From the NCBI GenBank assembly GCA_017619535.1, contig JAFZSD010000025.1, forward strand, positions 878-64,877: a DNA stretch of 64,000 bases, read 5' to 3'. Positions 26,376-36,265 of this stretch are shown piece after piece (the first letter of the stretch is position 1; every line of letters begins with the position of its first letter). Below the pieces are notes generated by a model, which was not told the DNA's origin, did not search any database, and was given only the letters and a program-made list of their open reading frames with translations. This DNA is from Oscillospiraceae bacterium. GTDB lineage: Bacteria > Bacillota > Clostridia > Oscillospirales > Oscillospiraceae. Made by a program: the position numbers and the translations under genes.

Positions 26376-27812
26376 ATGTGGATACTGTATGTGATACTGG
26401 CCCTGATCGTCCTCTTCCTCATCGTGATCGTCTGCCGCGCCCTGGCCTTCAGACCGAAGCCGGAGATCCCTGCGGAGCAGGACGAAGTCGCCTTCGACAG
26501 AGACGGGGCCGTCCGGGCGCTGGCGGAACTCGTCCGCTGCAGGACCGTGTCCTACAGCGAACCGGGAAAGGAAGACGACGCCGAGTTCGACAAACTGACG
26601 GATATGCTTCCGGAGCTCTATCCCAACGTAGCGGACACATGTTCTCTTCAGCGCTTCCCCGACCGCGGTCTGCTCTTCAGATGGCCCGGAAAGGAACCGG
26701 GAGAACCGGCCGTCCTGATGGCCCACTACGACGTGGTCCCCGTAGATGAGGAGAATTGGGAGCGTCCTCCTTTCAGCGCGCTGATAGAAGACGGCGTCAT
26801 GTGGGGCCGCGGCACTCTGGACACCAAGGTGACCTTCAACGGCATACTGTACGCCGCGGACCATCTCATCCGGGAGGGATTCCGGCCGGAGCACGATATA
26901 TTCCTCGCCTTTTCCGGCGGAGAGGAGATAAACGGTCCGGGCGCCGAGCACATCGTTGAATACTTCGGGCAGAACGGCATCGTCCCGTCTTTCGTCCTTG
27001 ACGAAGGCGGCGCCGTGGTCGAGGACGTCTTCCCCGGGGTCAGCGAACCCTGCGCCATGATCGGCATCGCCGAAAAAGGCCAGGTCAATCTGGAATACTC
27101 CGTCGCTTCCGGCGGCGGTCACGCCTCCGCCCCCGGCCCGCACACCCCGGTCGGGACCCTGTCGTCCGCCTGCGCGGCGGTCGAATCGCATCCCTTCCCG
27201 ATGCATATAACGAAGCCGGCGGCGGCTATGTTCGATACCCTCGGCCGCCACTCCTCCTTCGCATACCGGCTGATCTTCGCGAACCTCTGGTGTTTCCGCG
27301 GAATACTCGACCGCATCTGCAAAAAGAACGGGGGAGAACTCAACGCGCTGCTGCGGACGACCGTCGCTTTCACGCAGATGTCGGGCAGCGAGGCGCCGAA
27401 CGTCATACCGTCCCGCGCCTGTATGGTCTCCAATATCCGCCTGAACCCCGCGGACTCCGTGGCTTCCGCCCAGGAATACATCCGAAACGTCGTCAGGGAC
27501 AGCTCCGTATCCCTCAGGCCTTTCAAAACGATGGAACCGAGTCCCATCTCGGATACTGAGTGCGACGGCTGGCGCAAGGTCTGCGCAGCCGTATCCTCGA
27601 CCTGGAAAGGGTGCATCGTGTCTCCTTATCTCATGGTCCAGTGCTCCGACAGCCGCCACTACAGCGGTCTGTCCGACCGCGTTTACCGTTTCTCGGCCAT
27701 GGACCTTACCGCGGAGGAACGGCACAGCATCCACGGAGACAACGAACGCATACGGCTCGAAACGGTCGCCCGTGCGACAGAGTTCTTCATTCGCCTTATA
27801 AGACAGTGCTAA
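26376..27812 (+). CDS. Membrane-anchored M20/M25/M40 family metallopeptidase
   Basis: N-terminal TM helix, then LMAHYDVVPV, GRGTLDTK and FSGGEE motifs typical of M20 enzymes. Confidence 0.75.
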   Translation: MWILYVILALIVLFLIVIVCRALAFRPKPEIPAEQDEVAFDRDGAVRALAELVRCRTVSYSEPGKEDDAEFDKLTDMLPELYPNVADTCSLQRFPDRGLLFRWPGKEPGEPAVLMAHYDVVPVDEENWERPPFSALIEDGVMWGRGTLDTKVTFNGILYAADHLIREGFRPEHDIFLAFSGGEEINGPGAEHIVEYFGQNGIVPSFVLDEGGAVVEDVFPGVSEPCAMIGIAEKGQVNLEYSVASGGGHASAPGPHTPVGTLSSACAAVESHPFPMHITKPAAAMFDTLGRHSSFAYRLIFANLWCFRGILDRICKKNGGELNALLRTTVAFTQMSGSEAPNVIPSRACMVSNIRLNPADSVASAQEYIRNVVRDSSVSLRPFKTMEPSPISDTECDGWRKVCAAVSSTWKGCIVSPYLMVQCSDSRHYSGLSDRVYRFSAMDLTAEERHSIHGDNERIRLETVARATEFFIRLIRQC

Positions 27813-27851
27813 ATCAAACCCGGCGCCGCCCGGGACGATCAGGTGAACAGG

Positions 27852-29606
27852 ATGATCAGGAAGACCTTCAGACAGATGCTCGTCACACAGATCCTGTCGT
27901 CAATGACAGTTCTGATCTGCATGATGATCGACAATATAATGATCGGGCGGTTTCTCGGGGTCGACTCCGTCTCCGCATACGGTCTGGCTTCTCCGGTACT
28001 TATGATCTTCGCCGCGTTCGGCAGCATGCTCACCGCCGGCATCCAGGTGATGTGCGGCAAAACGATGGGCAGCGGAGATATGGACGGAACGAACGCCTGC
28101 TATTCCGCCGCGGTGTCCCTCGCCCTGTCGGTTTCTTTTGCTGGACTGATCATCGTCTTCGCCCTTACAGCCCCCCTTTGCACTCTCCTCGGCGCCGGTA
28201 CGCCGGCCCCGGATAACGACGTCTTCTTCCTGACCCGCGACTATCTCCGGGGATTCATCATAGGCGCGCCCGCTTTCATCTCCGCCATGATCATGGTCCC
28301 GTTCATGCAGATGTCCGGCAACCGCTCCCGTCTCGTCATCGCGGTCGTGTTAATGACTGTGTCGGATATCCTTTTCGATATCCTCAACGTCTTCGTGTTC
28401 CGCGGCGGAATGTTCGGGATGGGACTGGCTTCCAGTCTCAGCTATTACATAGCCTTCTGTTTCGGAGGCTATTATTTCCTGAAAAAAGACTGCATCTTCA
28501 AGTTCAGCCTAAATACCGTCCGGCTCCACCTGTGCGGAGAGCTGCTGGAATACGGCATCCCGACCGTAATCAATCAGGTCAGCACCGTTCTTCTCGTTTT
28601 CGTCCTGAATAAAATACTTCTCAGGGTGGGCGGAAACCTGTCAGTCGCGGCATATTCCGTCATATCGACAATCGGCAGCTTCTGCTACTGTTTCGGAGCG
28701 GGCGCAGCGTCGGTCTCTCTGCTCCTGGCCTCGATCTTCTTCAGCGACGAGGACAGGACCTCTCTCCATTCCCTGATGCGCATCATGATCACCCACGCCG
28801 CAGTCATCAAGACCGCAGTCATCATCATCATTCAGTTCGCGGCACCGTTCCTCGTAGGTCTTTTCCTCCCGGACAGCCCCGAGGCAAAAGACATGGCCGC
28901 TCTGGGCCTCCGGCTGTTCTCGCTCTCGCTTCTGTCCTGCGCGATGGCCACCACCCTGAAGAATTACTACAACGGCGCAGGCCGAATCCGCTTTGCCGAG
29001 CTCATCTCCTTTTTGCAGAACTTCGTTTTCACCGCACTGTTTGCTTTTATCCTCAGCCGCCGCATGGGTACGACCGGCGTCTGGATCGCGTTTGTCTGCG
29101 GCGAGACCCTGACCCTTCTCATTGTAGCCGCCGTCGTCTGGTTCAGAAACAAAAAGATCTCCTTCTCGGCGGACGCGTTCTCTATGCTTCCCGCCGATTT
29201 CGGTGTGCGGGATGAGGACTGCATGGAAATGACCGTCCGTTCCGTACGGGAGGCGGCAGACGCCTCGCGCAGCGCCTTTGAGTTCTGCAAGGCTCACGGA
29301 GAGAACGAAAAGAACAGCATGCTCATATCCCTCTGCGTGGAGGAAATGGTCAACAATATCGTGCAGCACGGCTTCAGCAAGGACAAAAAGGATCACAGCG
29401 TAGATCTGCGCATCCTGTTCAAGGATGACTCCCGTCTCATCCGTATCCGTGACAACTGCATCAACTTCGACCCGATAAAATACGTGGAACTGCACCGGTC
29501 GGACGACCCTGTGGCCCATATAGGCCTGCGAATGGTCATGAAGATGGTCAAAAGCGCGAACTACGTCAATTCGCTGGGCCTCAACAACCTGACGCTCGTG
29601 CTGTAG
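27852..29606 (+). CDS. MATE-family transporter fused to a C-terminal GHKL (SpoIIAB/HATPase-like) domain
   Basis: 12-TM MATE-like N-terminal ~440 aa. C-terminal EEMVNNIVQHG (N-box-like), RIRDNCINFDP (G1-like) and HIGLRMV (G2-like). The start could be GTG 27843. Confidence 0.65.
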   Translation: MIRKTFRQMLVTQILSSMTVLICMMIDNIMIGRFLGVDSVSAYGLASPVLMIFAAFGSMLTAGIQVMCGKTMGSGDMDGTNACYSAAVSLALSVSFAGLIIVFALTAPLCTLLGAGTPAPDNDVFFLTRDYLRGFIIGAPAFISAMIMVPFMQMSGNRSRLVIAVVLMTVSDILFDILNVFVFRGGMFGMGLASSLSYYIAFCFGGYYFLKKDCIFKFSLNTVRLHLCGELLEYGIPTVINQVSTVLLVFVLNKILLRVGGNLSVAAYSVISTIGSFCYCFGAGAASVSLLLASIFFSDEDRTSLHSLMRIMITHAAVIKTAVIIIIQFAAPFLVGLFLPDSPEAKDMAALGLRLFSLSLLSCAMATTLKNYYNGAGRIRFAELISFLQNFVFTALFAFILSRRMGTTGVWIAFVCGETLTLLIVAAVVWFRNKKISFSADAFSMLPADFGVRDEDCMEMTVRSVREAADASRSAFEFCKAHGENEKNSMLISLCVEEMVNNIVQHGFSKDKKDHSVDLRILFKDDSRLIRIRDNCINFDPIKYVELHRSDDPVAHIGLRMVMKMVKSANYVNSLGLNNLTLVL

Positions 29607-29640
29607 CATACTGACGGAAAATACAGGATCACAGCGTCAA

Positions 29641-29671
29641 AGCGGAGCCGCCGTACGGGCTCCGCTTTTTT
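29641..29671 (+). terminator. Rho-independent terminator
   Basis: AGCGGAGCC / GGCTCCGCT followed by TTTTTT. Confidence 0.75.
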
Positions 29672-29777
29672 CTGCCCGCGCGGGGGCGCGAAGCGAAAAA
29701 ACATTGTATCGGCGGCAGACATTTGGTAAAATAGTATCGGTGAAAGTTCGGATCATATTCTCTTGGGAGCGTTCTGT

Positions 29778-31691
29778 ATGGACATTTTCAGTCTGATCTC
29801 TCTGCTGGGCGGTCTCGCCATGTTCCTGTACGGCATGCGCCTTATGGGCGACTCGCTCAAGGAAAACTCTTCCGGCGCGCTGAAGAACGCGATGAGCAAA
29901 GTCACGGACAATCCCGTGAAGGCGTTCCTTCTCGGCGTCCTGGTCACAGCTCTCATTCAGTCCTCGACGGCGACCATCGTAATAACCTCCGGCCTGGTCG
30001 GAGCCGGCATACTGACGCTGCGGCAGTCCCTGGGCATCATCATCGGCGCCAACGTGGGCACCACCGTCACGGGACAGATCATCCGCCTCCTCGACCTTGA
30101 CGCGTCCGGCGGCTCTCAGGTCCTCCGCTTTTTCCAGCCGTCGACCCTGGCGCCTATCGCCCTGATAATTGGCATCATATTCATCATGGCCCGCGTCTTT
30201 AAGAACTCCCGTTCCGTCGGAAATATCGCCATCGGCTTCGGCATCCTGTTCTCCGGTCTTCTCAACATGACCGGCGCCGTCAACTCGCTGGCCCAGTCGG
30301 GCCTTGTGGAACGGCTGTTCTCCGGCCTCGGCGAGAATCCGGTGCTCGGATATATAACCGGCGCCGGCGTCGCCTTCATGCTCCAGAGCTCCTCCGCCAC
30401 CGTCGGCATACTGCAGGCGTTCTCGTCGACGGGCATGCTGACGTTCAAGGCCATATACACCGTCATCGTCGGTATCTATCTCGGCGACTGCGTGACGACC
30501 GCGATCGTCTGCTCCATCGGCGCTAAATCCGACGCGCGGCGCGTAGGTATCGTCAATATACTGTTCAACCTCAGCGAGACCGTCCTGGTGCTCGTCGTCG
30601 TCGCGGTCATCCACAGGCTGGGTCTTATCGACGCTCTGTGGGACAGGACGGTCAACTCGAGCATCATCGCGAACACCAACACCGTGTTCAATCTGACCTG
30701 CGCGATCGTGCTGATGCCGATGCTCCCTGTCTATGAAAAACTCAGCCGGAAGATCGTCAGGGACGAGCCCGTGCCGGAGCACAAGTACAAGGACATGCTG
30801 GAAGCTCTGAACCCCGTCTTCTTCAATACGCCCGCTCTCGCGCTTCAAAGCTGCTACAATACGCTCCTCACCATCTTCACCGCGTCCCGCGGCAATATTG
30901 AGAAGTCGTTCCGCCTCCTGGAGCGCTACGACGCGGAAACGCACCGCGAACTGCTCGCGGAAGAAGACGAGATCGACTGCGTCACCGACGCGCTGAGCCG
31001 CTACCTCGTGGGGTTCCTTCCCCATCTCCAGCTCGAATATCACGTGTCGATTCTCGACCAGTACTATAAAGTGACGTCAGAGTTCGAACGTCTCGGCGAC
31101 CACGCTGTCAAGATAGCTGAACACGCCGAGTCCCTGGTACGGGACAACACCTCCTTCTCCTCCGCCGCCCTGTCGGAACTGGCCGTGCTCGAGTCCGCCA
31201 CCATGCACATCCTCGACGAGACCGACCAGGCCTTCCGCAAGCGCGATGTGGACGCCGCAATGAGGATAGAGCCGCTCGTCCAGGTCATCGGCGAGATCAT
31301 AACCCTCCTCAAGCGCAACCACCTCGTCCGCATGAGCCGCGGCGAATGCAACGTCTACGCGGACGCGGCCTTCACCGACCTCATGGTGGAATTCCGCAGG
31401 ATCGCCGACACCTGCTCGAACGTGGGCGTCGCCACGGTCATACGAGTCAAGCCCGAACTTGCCGACCACGAGCATCTCTATTACGAACACATGCACAAGG
31501 GCGGCGACCCCGCTTTCGACGCCGCGTACAACCGCGCGCACGCCCGCTACTTCCTGCTTCTCCGGAACGTTTCTTCTGAAGACGTGCCCGATGACGACGA
31601 AGAGGCGGAAGAGCCCCCGCTCTTCAGGCTCGCGGAGCTCGGCCCCGATGAAGGCCTTTCCGAAGACGATCCGGAAAACTCCGCGGTATGA
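29778..31691 (+). CDS. Na/Pi cotransporter family protein with C-terminal PhoU-like domain
   Basis: MDIFSLISLLGGLAMFLYGMRLMGDSLKE plus a duplicated Na/Pi repeat. The acidic C-terminal tail is unusual. Confidence 0.8.
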   Translation: MDIFSLISLLGGLAMFLYGMRLMGDSLKENSSGALKNAMSKVTDNPVKAFLLGVLVTALIQSSTATIVITSGLVGAGILTLRQSLGIIIGANVGTTVTGQIIRLLDLDASGGSQVLRFFQPSTLAPIALIIGIIFIMARVFKNSRSVGNIAIGFGILFSGLLNMTGAVNSLAQSGLVERLFSGLGENPVLGYITGAGVAFMLQSSSATVGILQAFSSTGMLTFKAIYTVIVGIYLGDCVTTAIVCSIGAKSDARRVGIVNILFNLSETVLVLVVVAVIHRLGLIDALWDRTVNSSIIANTNTVFNLTCAIVLMPMLPVYEKLSRKIVRDEPVPEHKYKDMLEALNPVFFNTPALALQSCYNTLLTIFTASRGNIEKSFRLLERYDAETHRELLAEEDEIDCVTDALSRYLVGFLPHLQLEYHVSILDQYYKVTSEFERLGDHAVKIAEHAESLVRDNTSFSSAALSELAVLESATMHILDETDQAFRKRDVDAAMRIEPLVQVIGEIITLLKRNHLVRMSRGECNVYADAAFTDLMVEFRRIADTCSNVGVATVIRVKPELADHEHLYYEHMHKGGDPAFDAAYNRAHARYFLLLRNVSSEDVPDDDEEAEEPPLFRLAELGPDEGLSEDDPENSAV

Positions 31692-31718
31692 CGGATCCGA
31701 TCCGCTGCGCATAAACAC

Positions 31719-31753
31719 GGCGGCAGTCCGCGTGACCGCGGGCTGCCGCCTTT
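31719..31753. terminator. Bidirectional terminator between convergent genes
   Basis: GGCGGCAG...CTGCCGCC with an inner CCGCG/CGCGG stem. Confidence 0.6.
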
Positions 31754-31771
31754 CGATTCGTTTTCAGGTAC

Positions 31772-33130
31772 TCAGCCGGACGGCCGTTCCCGTCCGAAGA
31801 TGTGGTCTCTCCTGAGGCACAGGATATATACCACCGTGCTCATGGTCCAGGTCACCGGATATATCCAGCACGCGAGACGTATGTCGTGATAAACGTGACC
31901 TATCGTGGAAAGAACGATGACTCTGACCGCGCACCAGCATATGAGCATGACCAGAAGCGGCGTCATGGGCCGCCCGAGGCCTCTCATAACAGCGGACGAG
32001 ACGTGCGAGAACCCGACAAGGCAGAAAAACAGGGAGCTTATGCGGGCTTTCATCGCGCCGTACGCTATGACCTGTGGATCCCGGTTGAACGCGGAAACGA
32101 TATACGGCGCCAGTATGAACACCGCGACGCCGATGGCCTCCGTTACGAGGATGGTCCCGATGAGGCCGAAACGCGCTCCTTTCCGCACCCGTTCCCGTTC
32201 CCCGGCGCCTATGTTCTGGGATATGAACGTAGACATCGCCATCGAGAAGGCGGTCACCGGCAGGAAAGCGAATCCCTCAGCCTTTATATACGCTCCGATA
32301 CCTGCCATCGCGGCGGACGAGAACGAGTTTATGTATGACTGGATCAGCACGTTCGACAGATCTATGACGCAGTTCTGTCCGGCTGTGGGAAGTCCAAATT
32401 TCGTGATCTCCCTCATATCCTGAAGATCGAACCGGATGCTGCGCAGCCTTATCCTTATGCTGTCGTCCCTGCGCACGAGCCTTCTGCCTGCCATGACGGC
32501 GGCTGCGCACTGGGACAGAACGGTCGCAAGCGCCGCTCCGTCCACGCCCATCCGGAACACCGCGATGAGGACCACGTCCAGCACGATGTTTATGAGCGAA
32601 CAGATTATGAGATAGTAGAGAGGGTGCTTCGAATCTCCGCTCGCCTGCAGGATGCCGACGAACGTGTTGTACATCACGAAGCCCGTGCTCCCGGCAAAGT
32701 AGATCCTAAGATACAGCGAAGCCTCCGGGAACACGTCGTCCGGAGTCCCCATGAGTCTGAGGACTCCCGGAGTGAGCAGAACGCCCGCCGCCGTCATCAG
32801 CACGCTGAAGGCGACGCCCATGGCGACGGTGGTATGCACCGCGCTGGCGGTGCTCTCGTGATCCTGGGCGCCGATACGGCGCGCTATGACGATGCCCGCG
32901 CCTATGGAGAAGCCGAGGAAGAAACCCACCGCCATGAAGACGATGGCGCCCGTCCCCGTCACCGCGGCCAGGGCGCTGCTGCCGATGAGATTTCCCACTA
33001 TGATCGCGTCGGCCGTATTATAGAACTGTTGGAACAGATACCCTATAAAGATAGGGAGCGCATATTTAAGTATCGTCTTGGATATGGGCCCCTCCGTCAG
33101 CAGGGTATCCGGTGTTTTCGTATCGTTCAT
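31772..33130 (-). CDS. MATE family efflux transporter
   Basis: Start ATG 33130 (MNDTKTPDTLLTEGPISKTILKYALPIFIGYLFQQFYNTADAIIVG). Confidence 0.85.
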   Translation of the reverse strand: MNDTKTPDTLLTEGPISKTILKYALPIFIGYLFQQFYNTADAIIVGNLIGSSALAAVTGTGAIVFMAVGFFLGFSIGAGIVIARRIGAQDHESTASAVHTTVAMGVAFSVLMTAAGVLLTPGVLRLMGTPDDVFPEASLYLRIYFAGSTGFVMYNTFVGILQASGDSKHPLYYLIICSLINIVLDVVLIAVFRMGVDGAALATVLSQCAAAVMAGRRLVRRDDSIRIRLRSIRFDLQDMREITKFGLPTAGQNCVIDLSNVLIQSYINSFSSAAMAGIGAYIKAEGFAFLPVTAFSMAMSTFISQNIGAGERERVRKGARFGLIGTILVTEAIGVAVFILAPYIVSAFNRDPQVIAYGAMKARISSLFFCLVGFSHVSSAVMRGLGRPMTPLLVMLICWCAVRVIVLSTIGHVYHDIRLACWIYPVTWTMSTVVYILCLRRDHIFGRERPSG

Positions 33131-33397
33131 AGCCTTTGTTTCCGTCAGTAACGATCCCGTAGCCTTCTGTGATATACTATAAACCCCACGGCACGGGTTT
33201 TCAATCTCCGGGGCGCCGCGTTCCTCGGAAACGGGGATCCCCGGCTGTTTTTCCCCGAAAAAGCGGCAAAAAACGCCGGTTGCAACCGCCGGTTGCGGAA
33301 GTTCCAAGCCGCGTTTATGGCCTGCAAGCCCATGTTTTTGCTATATTCTGTTCAGCCGGACGGGAAAACGTCCGGGACGGACAAGGAGGTCTCAAAG

Positions 33398-34384
33398 ATG
33401 ATACTTGCGGATAAGATAATTGAACTTAGAAAGAAAAACGGCTGGTCCCAGGAGGATCTGGCCGAGAAGATGGACGTCAGCCGCCAGTCCATATCCAAAT
33501 GGGAAAGCGCCCAGTCCGTGCCCGACATGGGCCGCATCGTACGGCTGTCCGAGCTCTTCGGCGTCAGCACCGACTTTCTTCTGAAAGACAATATTGAAAT
33601 GGAAGAGCCCCGCACGGACGAATACTCTGACTCCCCTCTCCGCACCGTGTCGCTGGAGGAGGCGTCGAACTTCCTGCGTATGCGCGAGCACAACGCGCCC
33701 CGCATCGCGCTGGGCGTACTGATGTGCATCCTGTCTCCCGTACTGCTCATCCTTCTTGGCGGTGCCAGCGATTACGGCGTGCTCCCGCTCACCGAGAACC
33801 AGGCCGTCGGAATCGGTCTCGTCGCACTGTTCGTCCTCGTTGGCTGCGCGGTGGCCCTTTTCATCACCTGCGGCCTGCGCTCGAGCAAATATGAATATAT
33901 AGAAAAAGAGCCCATAGAAACGCTCTACGGAGTAGACGGCATGGTCAGGGAACGCAAAGAGAACTACCGTCCCACATTCTCTCTCCGTCTCACGATCGGC
34001 ATCGTCCTCTGCGTCGTTTCCGTTATTCCCCTGTTCATCACGCTCATCATGAACGGCGGCGAAAGCTTTTCCGCCGTCCTCGGCGTGTGCGCGATCCTCG
34101 TGATCGTGGCCGCGGGAGTCATGCTCATCGTCGATTCCTCCATAATCTGGGACGGCTTCAAACAGCTCCTCGAGGAGGGGGACTACTCCCGCACCGAGAA
34201 AGCCGACGCGAAGAGATACGGCTGGATAAGCGGCACCTACTGGATGCTCGTGACCGCGGCCTTCCTTGCCTGGAGCTTCATAACGGGCCGCTGGGACCGC
34301 TCCTGGATAATCTGGCCCATAGCGGGCGTGGCATTCGGCGCGTTCAGCGCGATCCTCAAAGCGACCGGCAGGAAGAACGGCTGA
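33398..34384 (+). CDS. XRE-family HTH regulator fused to a multi-pass membrane domain
   Basis: MILADKIIELRKKNGWSQEDLAEKMDVSRQSISKWESAQSVPD, then 4-5 hydrophobic helices. AAGGAGG SD. Confidence 0.8.
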   Translation: MILADKIIELRKKNGWSQEDLAEKMDVSRQSISKWESAQSVPDMGRIVRLSELFGVSTDFLLKDNIEMEEPRTDEYSDSPLRTVSLEEASNFLRMREHNAPRIALGVLMCILSPVLLILLGGASDYGVLPLTENQAVGIGLVALFVLVGCAVALFITCGLRSSKYEYIEKEPIETLYGVDGMVRERKENYRPTFSLRLTIGIVLCVVSVIPLFITLIMNGGESFSAVLGVCAILVIVAAGVMLIVDSSIIWDGFKQLLEEGDYSRTEKADAKRYGWISGTYWMLVTAAFLAWSFITGRWDRSWIIWPIAGVAFGAFSAILKATGRKNG

Positions 34385-34548
34385 AACCTGAATACAGCGC
34401 TTCGCGCCCCGTGAAAACGGGGCGCTTTTTCATTCCCCCAGGACCGTGATGCATGATACAATAAATATGATGATCGTGTAACCTTTTCTGCTGATCTCCG
34501 CTTATTAGAGTGAAGGGCCCGAATACGACGAAGGGAGGCCGCCGCAAA

Positions 34549-35109
34549 ATGGATGATGACAAGATAGTGGATCTCTATCTGGCGAGAGACGAGAGCGCGA
34601 TAGCGCAGACCGCACAGAAGTACGGTCCCCGGCTCAGGCAGATAGCAGAGCGCGTCCTCGGCGACCCCTCCGCGGCGGAGGAGTGCGAAAACGAGACCTA
34701 CATGAAAGCGTGGGAGCTCATCCCTCCGAACGAGCCGAGAACGTATCTGTTTCCGTTCCTCGGCCGGATAACGCGGCACGTCGCCATCGACGAATACAGG
34801 AAATGCAGCAGCCTTAAACGGCAGGGGGTCTTCTGCGAGCTCACGCGGGAGATGGAGGAGTGCATACCCGCGGGCTGCCGCGCCGAGGACGGCGCGGAGG
34901 CGCTCGAACTCAGCCGGAGCATAGACTCCTTCCTCGGGACCTGCACGCCGCAGCAGCGGAACGTCTTCGTCAGAAGGTACTGGTATTTCGACTCGGTCTC
35001 CGAGATAAGCGGGCGGTACGGTTTTTCACGAAGCAAGGTAAAGACCATGCTGTTCCGGCTGAGAGAAGGACTCCGGAGTCACCTGGAAGAGGAGGGCTAC
35101 ACGATATGA
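34549..35109 (+). CDS. ECF-type sigma-70 family RNA polymerase sigma factor
   Basis: Region 2 (ETYMKAWE) and region 4 (RNVFVRRYWYFDSVSEISGRYGFSRSKVKTMLFRLR) motifs. Confidence 0.8.
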   Translation: MDDDKIVDLYLARDESAIAQTAQKYGPRLRQIAERVLGDPSAAEECENETYMKAWELIPPNEPRTYLFPFLGRITRHVAIDEYRKCSSLKRQGVFCELTREMEECIPAGCRAEDGAEALELSRSIDSFLGTCTPQQRNVFVRRYWYFDSVSEISGRYGFSRSKVKTMLFRLREGLRSHLEEEGYTI

Positions 35110-36176
35110 ACGGATACGATCTTATTGACGCCGTCGGCGCCATCGACGAAAAATACGTGGCGGAGGCTTCCGCCGAAAAGAAGAGTACGGGAAGACGCTG
35201 GGTCAGATGGGGCGCGCTCGCGGCGTGCCTGTGCATCATCGTCGGCGGCGTGTATCTCGCGACCCGTCCCCGCGGCGGAGCGGACATACCTGCGCCGATG
35301 CCCGCCGAAGCTGCTGAAGTAAAACCGGCGCCGGTCGTCCCCGCCCCCGTCTCCAAGGACGACGTCACGGAGCAGGGTGGCGGCGGATTATACATCCCGG
35401 CGATCGATCTTCCTGAAAATACCGAAGGCGAGATGGATATGATCGGCCTCATCGTCTACCGGGGCGGCATATACACGCAGTCGGGATTTTACTCCGGCGA
35501 TGAAGCGCTGGCGATCGAACCGCTCGTCGGCGAATACCTAGGCACGTGCGACGGCACGATCGACGAGTGGTCCGCACGCGAGGAGTATGAGAGGGACTTT
35601 GCCGGAAACATCCCCGGCGACTTCTATGCCGTCGAGGGCTACGACATCGGTTTCCGGATCTGCATGGTGCACGAGTGGCCTGATGAAACCGGGTCTCCGA
35701 CGACTGTCATAGAATTCTTCGACCGTCTGAACGATATAACTCTGACCACGGGCGGGGATCTCTTCGAGAACAGGCTCCATCTGCGCGGCAGGGTCGAGGA
35801 CATCGTCTGGCAGTCCCACGACGACTGGAACTGGAACCGCGGCAATTTCAGGGATGCCGGCTTCGATCCCGGGACGTGGGATGCCTTTATCGACACGCTC
35901 GACGAAGGAGGATTCGTCTACACCTGGGATCCAGACCGCAGCAGCGCGTTCTATGAGGGCGTTCCCAACAGCAGGATCTACGACACTCCGAACCAGGCGC
36001 ATCTGACGCTTTCGATGGAGGACGGCACCCGTGTAGAGCTACGCCTCATCGAAGGCGGCTACGTCGGCTACGGTCCGCTCAACTGGTATTTCGTAAAAAT
36101 GCCCGGCGACGCGTTCGACGCCGTCTACGACGCCTGCGGCGGCACGCACGAGACCGGCTGGGCGGTCGCAAGATAA
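35106..36176 (+). CDS. Single-pass membrane protein, probable cognate anti-sigma factor
   Basis: ATGA start/stop overlap with the sigma gene. Short cytoplasmic N-terminus, TM helix WGALAACLCIIVGGVYLA, large extracytoplasmic domain. Confidence 0.55.
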   Translation: MNGYDLIDAVGAIDEKYVAEASAEKKSTGRRWVRWGALAACLCIIVGGVYLATRPRGGADIPAPMPAEAAEVKPAPVVPAPVSKDDVTEQGGGGLYIPAIDLPENTEGEMDMIGLIVYRGGIYTQSGFYSGDEALAIEPLVGEYLGTCDGTIDEWSAREEYERDFAGNIPGDFYAVEGYDIGFRICMVHEWPDETGSPTTVIEFFDRLNDITLTTGGDLFENRLHLRGRVEDIVWQSHDDWNWNRGNFRDAGFDPGTWDAFIDTLDEGGFVYTWDPDRSSAFYEGVPNSRIYDTPNQAHLTLSMEDGTRVELRLIEGGYVGYGPLNWYFVKMPGDAFDAVYDACGGTHETGWAVAR

Positions 36177-36204
36177 CGTCTCGCAAGAGGTTCAAAAAAT
36201 GAAA

Positions 36205-36234
36205 GCCGGCGCTCTTGATGAGCGCCGGCCTTTT
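36205..36234. terminator. Bidirectional terminator
   Basis: GCCGGCGCT / AGCGCCGGC with A-run upstream and T-run downstream. Confidence 0.65.
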
Positions 36235-36265
36235 GCCGTTTAAAGAGTTTTTTGCGGCGGAGCTT

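Noticed and set aside
26337-27734. 465-aa minus-strand ORF opposite the M20 peptidase gene (likewise 28641..29609 and 29637..31043 opposite the MATE-GHKL and Na/Pi genes)
   Set aside because: Antisense shadows with Arg/Asp/Gly-rich compositions. The plus-strand genes carry the family motifs.
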